From the NCBI GenBank assembly GCA_965153285.1, contig OZ229118.1: a stretch of DNA of 64,000 nucleotides, one strand, 5' to 3'. This DNA is from Podarcis tiliguerta. Taxonomy: Eukaryota. A program made the position numbers and the translations under genes. This document shows positions 24,587 to 36,600 of the stretch, in pieces; the first letter of the stretch is position 1, and every line of letters begins with the position of its first letter. A model generated the notes under the pieces. The model was not told the origin of the DNA. It made no database searches and worked only from the letters and a program-made list of their open reading frames with translations.

Positions 24587-24837
24587 AAGAGGAGGAGGAG
24601 GAGTTTGGATTTGATATCCCACTTTATCACTACCGGAAGGAGTCTCAAAGCAGCTAATAATCTCCTTTCCCTTCCTCCCCCACAACAAACACTCTGTGAG
24701 GTGAGTGGGGCTGAGAGACTTCAGAGAAGTGTGACTAGCCCAAGGTCACCCAGCAGCTGCATGTGGAGGAGCGGAGACACGAACCCGGTTCACCAGATTA
24801 TGAGTCTACCACTCTTAACACTACACCACACTGGCTG
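24587..24837 (-). mobile_element. tRNA-derived SINE (Squam3-like), near full length
   Basis: Minus head agccagtgtggtgtagtgttaagag (A box) ... ggttcgtgtc (B box); (CTC/CTT)n tail; flanking aaccaag direct repeat. Confidence 0.85.
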
Positions 24838-25194
24838 TCCAACCAAGTCCCCACTTCATTTCATTTTTTATTTTTTTTTACAACTTTATAACCCACCCTT
24901 TTAGAAAGTTCTTTGACTGGTTGGGGACAGCTTATCTGAAAGTGCCCCACATCTTGAGACTCTTCCTTATTCTTGGCAATTGTCCCTCCCTTTCTCCTTC
25001 ATAAAGGTCACCTCCCCGTGCTGTACGGTGAATTTGAACCCATGCAAGGAGCAGCTTTTGCTCATTTCACCTTCTAAATTCTTTCAGAAGAAACTAAGCA
25101 CAGAGACGTCATGGTCTCTCTCAAGGTTCTCCTTCCACACACATGTTCCACCTCCCCCCTTAGCACATTGCAGCAAATTGGGGGGGTAGGAATA

Positions 25195-25420
25195 AGATGA
25201 GTTAACGTAAAGAATGGTCCTACTAGATCAGGCCAGTGACTCATCTAGTACAGCTTCCTATTCTCAGAGTGACCAACCAGATGTTCATGGGAGGCCTGCA
25301 AGCAGGACCTGAGAACAACTCCAATCTCTCCTCCTGCGGTTTCCAGCTACTACTATTCAGAAGCATCCTATCTCTGAAAAAGGAGGCAGCTGTACAGTAT
25401 AGCCACCATGGCTAGTTGTG
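25195..25420 (-). mobile_element. Old CR1-type 3' end
   Basis: agatcaggccagtgactcatctagtacagc...gaccaaccagatg motif; second copy at ~54720-54900. Confidence 0.6.
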
Positions 25421-26099
25421 AAGGACAGAATTATCCTCCATGAAATTCTCTTTCAAAGCCATCCATGTTGGTGGCCGCCACTGCCTCTCGTAGGAGCGAA
25501 TTCTTGAGCAAGTTAGTTTTTGCTTTGGTGATACCTTTAAAATGGAGTCAGCAATTTTGTAAAGAAAAAACTGCATATTGACAGAAAATGCAGAAAGATT
25601 CATTTTCGGGGACAAAACGGACTGGAACCAGAGTGCTGCAGATACAGACACACTCAACCCAACTCCTAATGCAAGAGCAATCAGTGGAGTGGATCAGGAC
25701 TACACTCCAGAATGCAGAGAACACAGAATCCCAACAAACAGTAGTAGCAACTAACAACTACGGCAGGCAGGAATCCCTGCACCCACCCACACCTGATGTC
25801 TATCCTTTCTTGTTGAATAAAATAGTTCACTTTCCAACTCAGACAGGTATTTATTGAGGCATCGCTTTTTGCAGCATCTATGCAAATAATTGGTGCCGAA
25901 ATGCCAGCCCATATCCTCACCCCCATTTAATGTGGATTTACCCTTTCTAGGGAGATTCAATTATTATTACTACTATTATTTTTAAAAAACACCTGTTGTC
26001 AAATTCAATGACTCCATTGCCATAACCCATTTACAACATGGAGCCCCCATGTGAAAACACCCTGCCCAGTCTTATGAGGAGACAACTCTTGGCAGCCTT

Positions 26100-27530
26100 A
26101 TTTTCTCTCTCCGCTGCTAGCCTTTTAAGCTTTTCGACCTGGAGCCCAACCAAGTGGGATCCCCTTTAACCAGATCCTCCCTCGACGACAGTCAACAGTT
26201 CCTGGTCCTGTTGCCTTGCCACCGTCTCCTCGGGAGTAGGAGGATGAGCCCCTCTGTCTCATAAACCCAGGAAAGCTGATCCGGGTCGCTTTGTCGCCCA
26301 GGAGCCAGAGGAAGAGAAATCCCAATACAGTACTTTGATCCCCAACCCTCCGGCGGAGACCAACCGCGGATCCCTTCCCGTCCAAAACTGGGGGCGCTCC
26401 CCGCCCCCCGAATCCCTCGTTGACCTAACCCTCGGGGAGGACGGCTAGGGGTGGGGGGCATCGGACTTACATGCTGCCCAGCATCGGCGAGGGCGGGTAG
26501 CAGCCGTAGGTTTCCCGGTGGGTTTTCACCGCCTGCTGCTGCTGCTGATGGAGGGGCTCCAGCCCCCCATTGACTCCCCTCCAGCCCCGGCTGGAGCGCT
26601 GCTGCTCCGCTTCGGGCGCCCCCTCGTCCTCCCCGTCGTCGCCTCCTTGCTGCTGCTGCTGCTGGAGGGGGAAGGTCACTCGGCTGCCCTGCTCCTTGGT
26701 CCTCTTGCCCTTGCTGGACATGCTGGCGTGGACCCGCGGCCGCCGCGATGCTGCTCTGCAGGCGCCGCCGCCCGCCCGCCCTTTCGGGAGCTACTTACTG
26801 GCTGGTGCCGGGCAAAGGAAGAGGGCGGGCGGCAGGCAAGCGCTGGCCAGCCAGGGAACACCCGCGCAGCTCGAAGGGGCGGCGGAGCTCTTCGCCAATC
26901 AAGGCGAGAGGCTCCCTCCCGCCTTCCCTCGCCAGGCGGCTGCCCTGAATGCTGCTGCTGCTGCTGCTAGTCGAAGAGGCAAGCATCTGAGCGTGGACCG
27001 AGGGAAGGGAAGGCACTCCAAGCGGCGGAAGCCGGCCGGCCGCTCTGCCTCCTCTCTCCTTTTCATTATCTCGTGCTAGGACAGGCTCATTACTCAGGCA
27101 GGCAGGCAAGGAGGGAGGGACGGAGAGAGAGAGGGAGGCAAGTCAGCCAGCATTTGAGAGCATCAGTCCTTTAGCAAACAGAGCAGAGGGAGGAGGGAAG
27201 GGGGAAAGGAGGAGAAGGAGTGTAGCCACTTTGTTGACAGGCCAAAAAGGAGGAGGGGGCAGGGAGCACATTTCTCGCCCCCAGTTGATGCTGGGGCGTT
27301 TGAGATCCACAGGGCGCTGCTCTAAGAGATGCAACTGCAGGTGCATCTCGGCTGCTCTAGGTTAAGTGCTCTCCTCCAAGTGGAGCAAAACTCACTCCGA
27401 GGCTTTAATGAGTGTTAATGGGAACAGATCACCCGCGTGCTTGTCGAGGATGCCAGCTTCCAGGGCGATATAAATACGCCGTCATCTGCTGCCAACAGCA
27501 AGGTCCTTCTGCTCGGGACGGAGGAATAAG
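26100..27530 (-). promoter_or_regulatory. TRPC3: CpG island / TRPC3 promoter and 5' leader
   Basis: Sharp rise in GC and CpG density in a CpG-depleted background, surrounding exon 1. GC boxes, and a GA-rich tract at about 27110-27260. The TSS cannot be placed from sequence alone. Confidence 0.85.
26471..26721 (-). CDS. TRPC3: TRPC3 coding exon 1 (long-isoform N-terminus, 251 nt, phase 2)
   Basis: ATG in good context (GCCAGCATGT). MSSKGKRTKEQGSRVTFP...GEDEG...RGWRGVNGGLEP resembles the mammalian long TRPC3 N-terminus (MSTKVRKCKEQARVTFP...RGWRGVNGGLEP). Donor AT|gtaagt at 26470-26465; phase 2 matches exon 2. Confidence 0.93.
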
Positions 27531-27920
27531 TGGGCAGAAATCTGACCTCAGAAATGGCAGTATTAAAAATTATAAAAATAAAGTGGGATATCATTTTAAT
27601 CTCCCCACAGCAGTGCGCTACTGCTGGTCATAGATGGCCGTTCTTAACAAAGGAACTTCAAAGGGAAACGCCAGAATGAAACGGGAACTGAAGAAGTTCC
27701 AGTGCTCCCCCCCCCCCCCAAAAAAAAATTCTGGGTACTCTCGTTTTGACTCAAGAAAATCACCATTTTATAGTTCAAATCGAAGAAAATAAATACAGTA
27801 AATGGATAAAAGTACAAAGATTCACAAAATGTTTAGGGGTATGTGTACCCCCACATACCGCCATGGAAAAAACACTGAGAAGTTCATTTCCATCATTTTT
27901 GGCCAGAATAGCAATAATGG

Positions 27921-27921
<1 letters not shown>

Positions 27922-27968
<47 letters not shown>
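27922..27968. repeat. (TAT)n microsatellite
   Basis: Directly visible; explains the poly-Y and poly-L ORFs. Confidence 0.95.
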
Positions 27969-27969
<1 letters not shown>

Positions 27970-28337
27970 CACAGCGTGTGTGAATTAGCTTACCAATGCT
28001 GGGATGTCAATTTACCTTAGTGAATATTCATTGCAATTATTTTACATACATTTTAGCTTTAATGCTATAGTAGTCACAGTGTGTACTTTTTGCATTGCAT
28101 TTCCCTTCTAAGTTATTGCTTACAGTTCCTCCCTTCTGCAACTCTCATAGATACAGATATATCTATCTCAAACCGTTATTGGCATACATACAAGATTCCA
28201 GTAGGCTTCGGTACAATACAACCACTCATCAAAAACCTGCATCTAACACTTAAGTTAATGTTGTATAACACTCACGAATCCTCATTGCGGGTTGCAGAAA
28301 CCTGACTGCTATCTCCATCTTATCCCCATGACCAATT

Positions 28338-28438
28338 TAGGGTAACATTTCATACATCTGAGCGAAGTGCACTCTAATCTACAAAATCTTATGCCATAAT
28401 CTGTGTTAGTCTTTAAGGGGCCATATCCCTGTTGTTTT
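28338..28438 (+). mobile_element. Penelope-like terminal repeat remnant
   Basis: ggtaacatttcatacatctgagcgaagtgcac...cttatgccata...gttagtctttaaggggcca, homologous to the right arm at 22182-22887. Confidence 0.65.
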
Positions 28439-28659
28439 TACTGTTTACACAGTGTGTAGAAGGCAATAATAATAATGGCTTTTGTGTGTAATGGCTAATT
28501 TAAGTGTGATTCACAAGAAAGAACGTTGAGTTTCTCTCAGGCTTGTCGTTAAAAGGATCTCCGAGCCTGTATTTTAAGCGGGTGCTCAGGAGAACATTAG
28601 AAATGTAAGATAGAAAGTGGGAAAATGTGGTTCTAACCAGAGAGAAAGAGAGAGCATGA

Positions 28660-28980
28660 GTGTGCCAGTGTTACACAATGGTTTGAGGATCGGACAAGGA
28701 CCTGGGAGACTAAGGGTCAGCTCTGCCCTTGTCCATGAAGCTCATTGGGTGACTTTGGGCCAGTCACTGCCTCCCATCCCAGGCTTCCTTAACCTCGGCC
28801 CTCCAGATGTTTTGAGACTACAATTCCCATCATCCCTGACCACTGGTCCTGCTAGCTAGGGATCATGGGACTTGTAGGCCAAAAACATCTGGAGGGCCGA
28901 GATTGAGGAAGCCTGTCCCAGCCCAACCTACCTCACAGGGTGGTTGTGGGGATTGACTGAGGGAGAGGGAGCAGCATGTA
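28660..28980 (+). mobile_element. Squam3/MIR-like SINE interrupted by a hAT MITE
   Basis: catgaagctcattgggtgactttgggccagtcactg [MITE] ccagcccaacctacctcacagggtggttgtg. Confidence 0.7.
28780..28915. mobile_element. hAT MITE, same family as 10409-10544
   Basis: TIR CAGGCTTCCT / AGGAAGCCTG; TSD TCCCATCC / TCCCAGCC (7/8). Confidence 0.9.
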
Positions 28981-29767
28981 TATAGGGGTGTATATGTATA
29001 ATTATGTATATGGATGTCACAAAATTATTCAAAACAGAATCTTCAAAGTTTCCACTCATGGAATAGTCCAAATCCCTTCATTGCCCCCACTTTGTGGAGC
29101 AGCACCACCACCACTGCATCTGCAACTTGGCTGCTCATGTTGACTGTGGCAGGATGGGGCAGTGGGCAGAGGACAATCGGGTCTGATCTCAATGGCAGCT
29201 CCAGGTTGGCACAGTGATTGGGTCCAGATTAGGCCCAATGCTGAAGTGTGATGGCAATGAGAACAGCTAGGGAGCTTGTGGACCCTCAGATAGCTCATCC
29301 CACCCTCTGGTGGGCCTCTGGTGGTGAAGAACCCACCAGCCTGCTACCGACCCAGAGAGAAATTTCCTCTGAATTTCTCTCTCTCTCCCTCACACACACA
29401 CCAGCTTGTCATAGGCGGCGTTTGGACTGCTCTGTATTTTATTACTTAATGTTATAATAAGTAATATTGGTTTGCATATGTACTTGTCTTTGACAAAACT
29501 ACAACCAAATGCTACATTTATAGACTATGGAAAATTAAAGGGGTAAAGCTGAAAACAATGATAATACAATAGTCATCTTCCTCCTGTTTGAAAAGCTCAT
29601 TGTGCTGTATTGTACAAGATTATGAGCAAAAAATTCTTGTAATTGTAAGAAGAACTGAATGTTTTCATATGCCATTGTTCCCAGTGCTTAATTCAATGCT
29701 CACTGCTACAGTCCTCCTGAAGGCAGTGGAGGGCTGACTAAAGGCAAATCTCTTGCTGAATCCCTAA

Positions 29768-30208
29768 CCAGAGGAGGGCAACCAAAATGGTCAAAGGCCT
29801 GGAAACGATGCCTTATGAGGAACGGCTAAGGGAGCTGGGCATGTTTAGCCTGGAGAAGAGGAGGTTAAGGGGTGATATGATAGCTATGTTCAGATATATA
29901 AAAGGATGTCACATAAAGGAGGGAGAAAGGTTGTTTTCTGCTGCTCCAGAGAAGCGGACACGGAGCAATGGATCCAAACTACAAGAAAGAAGATTCCACC
30001 TAAACATTAGGAAGAACTTCCTGACAGTAAGAGCTGTTCGACAGTGGAATTTGCTGCCAAGGAGTGTGGTGGAGTCTCCTTCTTTGGAGGTCTTTAAGCA
30101 AAGGCTTGGCAACCATATGTCAGGAGTGCTCTGATGGTGTTTCCTGCTTGGCAGGGGGTTGGACTCGATGGCCCTTGTGGTCTCTTCCAACTCTATGATT
30201 CTATGATT
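29768..30208 (+). mobile_element. CR1 LINE 3' fragment (young)
   Basis: Open frame [35 protein letters not shown]...FKQRL; tail (ATTCTATG)n. Confidence 0.93.
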
Positions 30209-33055
30209 TCAAAAAAATATATATTGTATTTACACCTTGTTATAGTTGATCACAGAACCCATAACAAATGCATACGCAGCCTTCTGGTTCATTCCTTCAT
30301 GTAGTTAGCCCCCAAAGTTCACATTACTGTACTATACTGTATGGCTTTCCTTGATGCAGTGGTTCCTAGTCCCTTTTTCCAAGCAAATCACAGCCTTATG
30401 GTCACGCTTGGGAATCCAAAGGGTGCACTTCCTGAGACGGAAGAGCACACAATCTCCAACAACTGACAGAACAATTATATGTGCTTGCTTTTCAATAATT
30501 ATTCATAATATGTGAGTGAGTAAGCAAATGAATTGCTTACTTCCATGGGATCTGATGACCCGATACATCATTAAACAACAGACTGAAGTTCTGGCTCCAA
30601 AACACATATTCTCGTATATCTGGCTGTTAATACTTGCAGAAATGTTCAGAATGTCAGCCTACTAGCAAGGTGGTGAAATGGGAAAGGTGATAATTCAGTA
30701 GCAGTGAAAATGTTTTCCATGCAAAAAGCCCCAGGTTTACTCCCCGGCATCTCCAGATAGCTCTGGAAGACACCCCTGTATGAAACCCTGGAGAGCCACT
30801 GTCAGGGTAGGCCAGTGTTGAGTGAAGTTCCATCCTGTGGGCATAATGAGGTCAAATGGACATCGTACATGACATCTGTCATGAACTGGCAGGACAGCGG
30901 TGAGGGGTGTAGCTAGGACTGGGACACACCTATGCAAGCTGGGGATGGGGACAGAGAGATTGGTGTAGGAAGCACCTACAGTAACAGAGGATGATGAGAA
31001 GATGTGGTCAGTACACAGAACTAGAGCTGCAGGACCCATCTCCAGAGCCAGAGGAGTCCCTTTCTCCATGGACATGGCAGGCTCTGAGGCATAGGGAGCA
31101 GCAGGAGGGGTGCTCCAGGAGGCTGAGGCAGGTAAGGGCCCACAGCCCAACTCCCTAGCTTGCTAGATATGGCTCGCTAGTGCTGGAAGGAGGTATTTGA
31201 TGTCTCAGCTGAAGTAGGCTTAGAACAGGTGGGGGTCACATGCCTTGTCAAGCCCAGATGCTGCAATCAGCATGCAAAGGACAAAAGGGAAGCAGAGGTT
31301 CGGGGCTGTGTTTACTCAGCAGTCCATGTTGATGAGCCTTGACTTGGTCTTTCCTTGGGCTTCCAATCCCTTGCATTAGCACAGAACATTTGAACTGCAG
31401 TCCAGGACATATCTGAAACGGGGGAATAGCATTCTAAAGCCAGAATAAATTTGTCCTGCAGCAAAAGGATGGAAAAAAACCAAGGAACAGGGGGAAAAAA
31501 TATCCCAGATCATCTGGCAAATCATCCTCAATGTGCTTTTAAGAGGTGTGTGATTAGTAGTACCTTAGAATATACCAGCAGCGCAGACTAGATCCACAAA
31601 TCCAGAACAGGATGCTAAAGATGATAATATAATTATTAGTCCTCTCCACACACCACTTTGCTTATACATTAATTTTACTTTTTCTATGTTCTACTTCCCT
31701 GTTTCAAATACCAGAGGAGAAAAATCTGAACTTATCCTTCAAAACAACTGCTTAAAACTACAGTAGTATATGCACTTACTTGGAACTAAATCCTACTAGA
31801 GTTAGTGAAACTTACTTCTGAGTGAGTATGATTTGGATTTTACAGAGTACTTCCAACTTTCAGTGCTCCCCCAAACCCACAAAAATGGTTCACTGCATAA
31901 CTCTAACTCTTGGCACCAAGTCAGCTCCGGAAATATCCAGCATTTTGTAGCCAGTGTTTACAGAACATTTTTTACAAGCAATATCCTGGATGAGTTTGAA
32001 GATGTGCTTCCAATCTGCACAATGTGAAATGTGCTAAGAAAAAGTACAATAGGGTGGATGAACAGACAGCTCAAGGGATTAGTGCTAGGATGCGTGGGAG
32101 CATGAATCTTTCTTCTTTATACCTCCTGTATCCCCACTGTGATATCTGAGTGGCCATCAGGTCAACCATGGGCTAGGCCAGTTATTGTTTTTCTGCTGGC
32201 TTTTTAAGGACTTCAGAGAAATGATTCCACCATGGTGGCTATGCAGTGTCACAATGACAGGTACCCACTTTGTTGTAGCCAACTTTTCCTGAAACTGCTA
32301 AGTACTGTATGCTATGAAAACAATGCCTCAGGAATACTAGTTTCTGCATAGTCCATCCTGTACTATCAAGACGGCTCTTTCCAGAAATATTATAAAGTAA
32401 AGGTAATATACAAAAAACCAGTCTATGGGTTTTCTTTTCAGCTGAGCAACATCTTGTTCACCTGATCATTGCTTAGATAAGAAAGACAGATGTTGCTGTA
32501 CAGAATTCCCTGAGTAATAACAAATGAGATAGTTGGCATAAATAATGGGGCCTGATAGACTTAATTGCCAAAGCTGCTGTTAGAGTAATCTTTCAACAGG
32601 CATACTTATTTTGGGTAGGTTTTAAGCCATGAGTAATTTATGTCTCAGCAGGAACAGCAGTTTTAAAAGAATCTCTCTTTCTTATCAGCAAAGCAGCTGT
32701 ATCAGAGACAAGTATAGTTTGGTAAAACTGGATTAACAAAAAAGAGGTTGTTTATAGAAAACCACCACTTCTGGTGGAATTGTTCTCCCCCTTAAACTAA
32801 GAGAAGTATAGTCAGTCACACTGGCATTTCCTACTGAGGCAACTTATCTGACAAATGACAACCCTGAAATGGAGTGAGGCCGCTAAAGATAAAGCAATAG
32901 CAACTTTGCTGGAATTCTGGTCAAAAACAAGGATCTCACTTTTATCTAACTATTTCCTTTTTCAGTTTCTATAAGCAATTCAGTAATTGAAAGAGCTCTA
33001 TACCATTTCAGCTGAAATATGAATTTCATGTAGCCTATGGCATGAGGCATTCAGG

Positions 33056-33691
33056 CAGGGCTGGTCCAAGGAACTTTGTTGCTTGAGGCAAACGAGAAAC
33101 TGCACCTCTCCCCATTCAGTTCACAGAAGCTGACTAGATTGGTGGTTGAATCGGGTCATACCTGCACCATAAGTTTTAAAGCGCTATGATACCACTTTAA
33201 CCATCATGGCTTTCGCCAAAGAATCATGGGAACTGTAATTTGTTAAGGGTGCTGAGAGTTGTTTGGAGACCCATATTCCCTTCATAGTGACCAACCTGAG
33301 TAGCTTAACAATCAAAACTTTTTCCTAGGGAATTCTTGGAATTGTAGCTATTTGAGGGAAATGTAGGTCTTCTAATATCTCTCAAAGTGTTTAAAAAAAC
33401 TACAGATCCCAAGATTCTTTGGGGGGGAAGCCATGACTATTAAGGTGATATAATAGTGCTTTAATTGTATGGTGGCACTATGTCAACACTTGCAATGGGA
33501 TAGTGTCTTACAATGTATCTGAGGACAGCAGATTAATTTAAGGGGCATATGAGAGGCCTGCAACACACTTAGTTTTGATACCTAACAGTAGGAAATGGTT
33601 AGGGGTTGCTTAGAAGGAGCAACAGCTTCCGCTGCCCCCCATCAAGCATTTGCCGTAATTGCCTCACTCTGCCTAATGGTAGGGCTGACTG
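33056..33691. mobile_element. Old hAT-like element with a nested ~320 bp foldback MITE (~33155-33478)
   Basis: Outer parts match 23815-24439. Inner part has long inverted arms (catggctt..ccaaagaatcatgggaactgta / tacagatcccaagattcttt..aagccatg). Related arms near 45960-46052 and 48690-49110. Confidence 0.6.
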
Positions 33692-36600
33692 TTCACTCAG
33701 CTGTTCTGGAAACCAGAGACCCTTAAGTTACAAATTAAATTCAAAGTCATGATGAATAAATGAGGAATGTTGCAAAGCATATAAAGCTTTAGTCAATTAG
33801 TAATGATTTTCCTCCACAGCAAACAACTCAGCCAAAATAAATTTGCAGAAGGTTTAATCACACCGTAATTGGGAAGTCAGACATTGAGTTAGAGAGAGAT
33901 GCACAACGGAATGGATACAGTGGTGACAATAAATTAATAACAGTAATTACAGACTGCTTATTATGCAAGGAAAATCAAAACACAGTGTTCTCTCTTCATA
34001 ATGATCAGTATTTTGTTTTAGCTATGTACAAATTGCTATCATTATATGTTTTAACTTAGGCATGCACATTGCCTGCAATACAGTGAATGTTTTAAGAAAC
34101 TGGGCATTAGCCAATGAAAATTAAGATGAATAATACACATCATACATTGTGACATATTGTCACAAATAGCCACAAATTATAGGAGTGAATGTGATAAATA
34201 TAGTGGGAGTGGCAGGGAGAGAGAGCACAATCTCTTACTGATTTTCTAACACAGGTTAAAAATTAAAATGGGGATTGTTTTAATCTACTTTATGAAATAA
34301 AGGTGATTTCCTGGTTGGTACCTCAGTAAATGAGCTGCTTGCAAATTGGCCACTACAGGCTTTCCCAAAAGAAGTAGCTCTACTCAGATCAAATTAGACA
34401 CAGTTAATCATTTAGAAGACTCTGACCATCCTAAATGTTTGAATGATAATTAGGAGTTAGAGTCTGCTGTAAAGACTTTGACATACATTGATTCAGTTTC
34501 ATTTCTTACCTATTTCAAGGGCCCATATAAGTTATAAATATACACATCAAACCTAATCTGACAAGTTCATAAAACTATCATCTCCTCCCAAAATAATCCA
34601 CCTAGAAATGATAATGGTGCATTGCTTTGGATTATGTGGATTATTCATAATGGGGATAATTCATCCTTTTATTTGTTTCATGGCAAAAATAGTGCTTTAT
34701 CAAGGGCAATATGCCGTACTATTCTCTACCCATTCTCTGCCATTGTTTTCCCAATATAGTTTGTAGTCTTTTCATCCATTTACTTTGTACTGTGTCTCCT
34801 TCTTGGAAATAGTTACATGGGCAATCCCAACCAATAAGGGATCCCACAGTGAACCGAATGATGTCACAAAAAATATGTAGGGCTACGTGCTGACATCACT
34901 GACAGCAAACAAAGCAGCCTTCAGGAAACATTGCCTTAATTCTCAATGGCCAAACACCTTTGCATTCTTTCGATGCAGCGCCCTGAAAAATGGCTCAGAG
35001 GAGCATGCTTTGTAATGCTGCCAGAAATGCATGCCAAAAAAATGGCCTCCTTTTGACTCAACTCTAATATTGGCTACAGTGCATTCTCTCAGTAGCTGAT
35101 GCAAACAGAAAAGTCTGGCATTACTGAAAGGTTCACAATCACATGTTATGTGAGGGGGAAATCCTGGCTGCACTCGGAAGCTTTCAGAAATTAAGCATGG
35201 AGTTAATATCATTCACGAGTAATTTATCACCTATCCAATACAGTATTTCTTATGAAATGTCCAACCGCAAACCATTATCTTCACAAATTAAGTCATTGGC
35301 CATCAGACTGGAGAATTCCTTTTTTCTTTTCTTCTTAGAGTCATACTTTACACGAGCCATCAAATAAGCCTTTGAGAAATCTATTTTCAGTCTCCTGTGG
35401 TATTAATTCCTATGTAGCAAACCTTTTTGTGTGAGGGAAGGTGCTGTGTCATCTGTTCTGATGCACAGAAATGGAAAGGATTAATTGCAAATGACACTGT
35501 CTCTGGGGAGCTCTTGTCGGATAAGTGTGCTCTCTCTGTCATGATTTTGGCTTCTCTTTTCTCTGTCTTTCCCCAATCTCAAGTGTAATTACAATACTTG
35601 CAGGAGATTTAAAAAAAACACCCACAGAGATTCACTTTTTATTACAAAGAAGGCTCCATGAAAATGGTGTGCTAAATGCACATATTGTCAGGAAATAAAA
35701 AACCAGGCCCTAGAATCTAAGAGCTCATATACATTAATATTTAAACTCCTGTGAAATACAACCAGAATTAGAGTTTTTCCTCACTGTATGTACTCAGCCA
35801 AACACCTTTGCAAATACATTTCGACTAATTACCCTGATTTATTCTTCATGACGTTGCTTGAGAAGCTCGCTTGGAAGACAAGTGTATCAAATGGCAGTTC
35901 ATATTTTCCTGCTTAATTACTGGGGGTGAGAGCTGTCCAGAAAACAAGGTGGAAATGACACAAATGTGAGAATTTGACAAGAGACAAGAGTGAGCTGAGC
36001 TCCTGTGTTGCTTAAACTCAAGAACAAGCCATTGAAAGCTTTGATGGGGTGTCCAGCCTTTGCTATAAACCTATCGTATCCTGTGTTTAAGAGGAGCTTG
36101 CAGATCCAGTGGGTAATCTTGCAGCTGGATCACCCCTGACCATTGGCTACAGATATTTATGGTCATGGTAGCACACAGTTTGACATTACCCTGGCTCAAA
36201 ACCATCTATGGGCTCAAATACTGACATTAACAAAGATAGGTGCACAATTAAGAGCCTGAACTGTGAAAGCCATGGAGGCAGTTCTATAAAAACTTTTAAA
36301 AGATGGGCTTATTTATATAATTTTTACCCAACTCTTCAGCCAAGAAAAGGCACTCAGAGCAGCTCCCAGTTCATGAAAAAAAGAGTCAGGCTTACAACTT
36401 AAAAATGCATGTCACAAAAGCAACATGGGTTGTTAGGTGGTTGCAGGGGGGAAATGAACAAACTCAGGTATAGGTTATTAATGAACTTGCCACATGACCT
36501 ATTCTGTTACATGTTTAAGAGGATTCTGTGGATCTGCCTGGATCACATGCAGTTCCTTTTTGGGGGATCATCTTTGACCACTGGCTACAAATATCTAAAG

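Noticed and set aside
26518-27079. Long plus-strand ORFs (150 and 169 aa) over exon 1
   Set aside because: Expected in GC-rich, stop-poor CpG-island sequence; low-complexity translations antisense to TRPC3.
29298-29325. CTCF-like CCACCAGAGGGTGG on minus (weaker one at ~45735-45755)
   Set aside because: Partial matches in probable repeat-derived sequence; not distinguishable from chance by eye.
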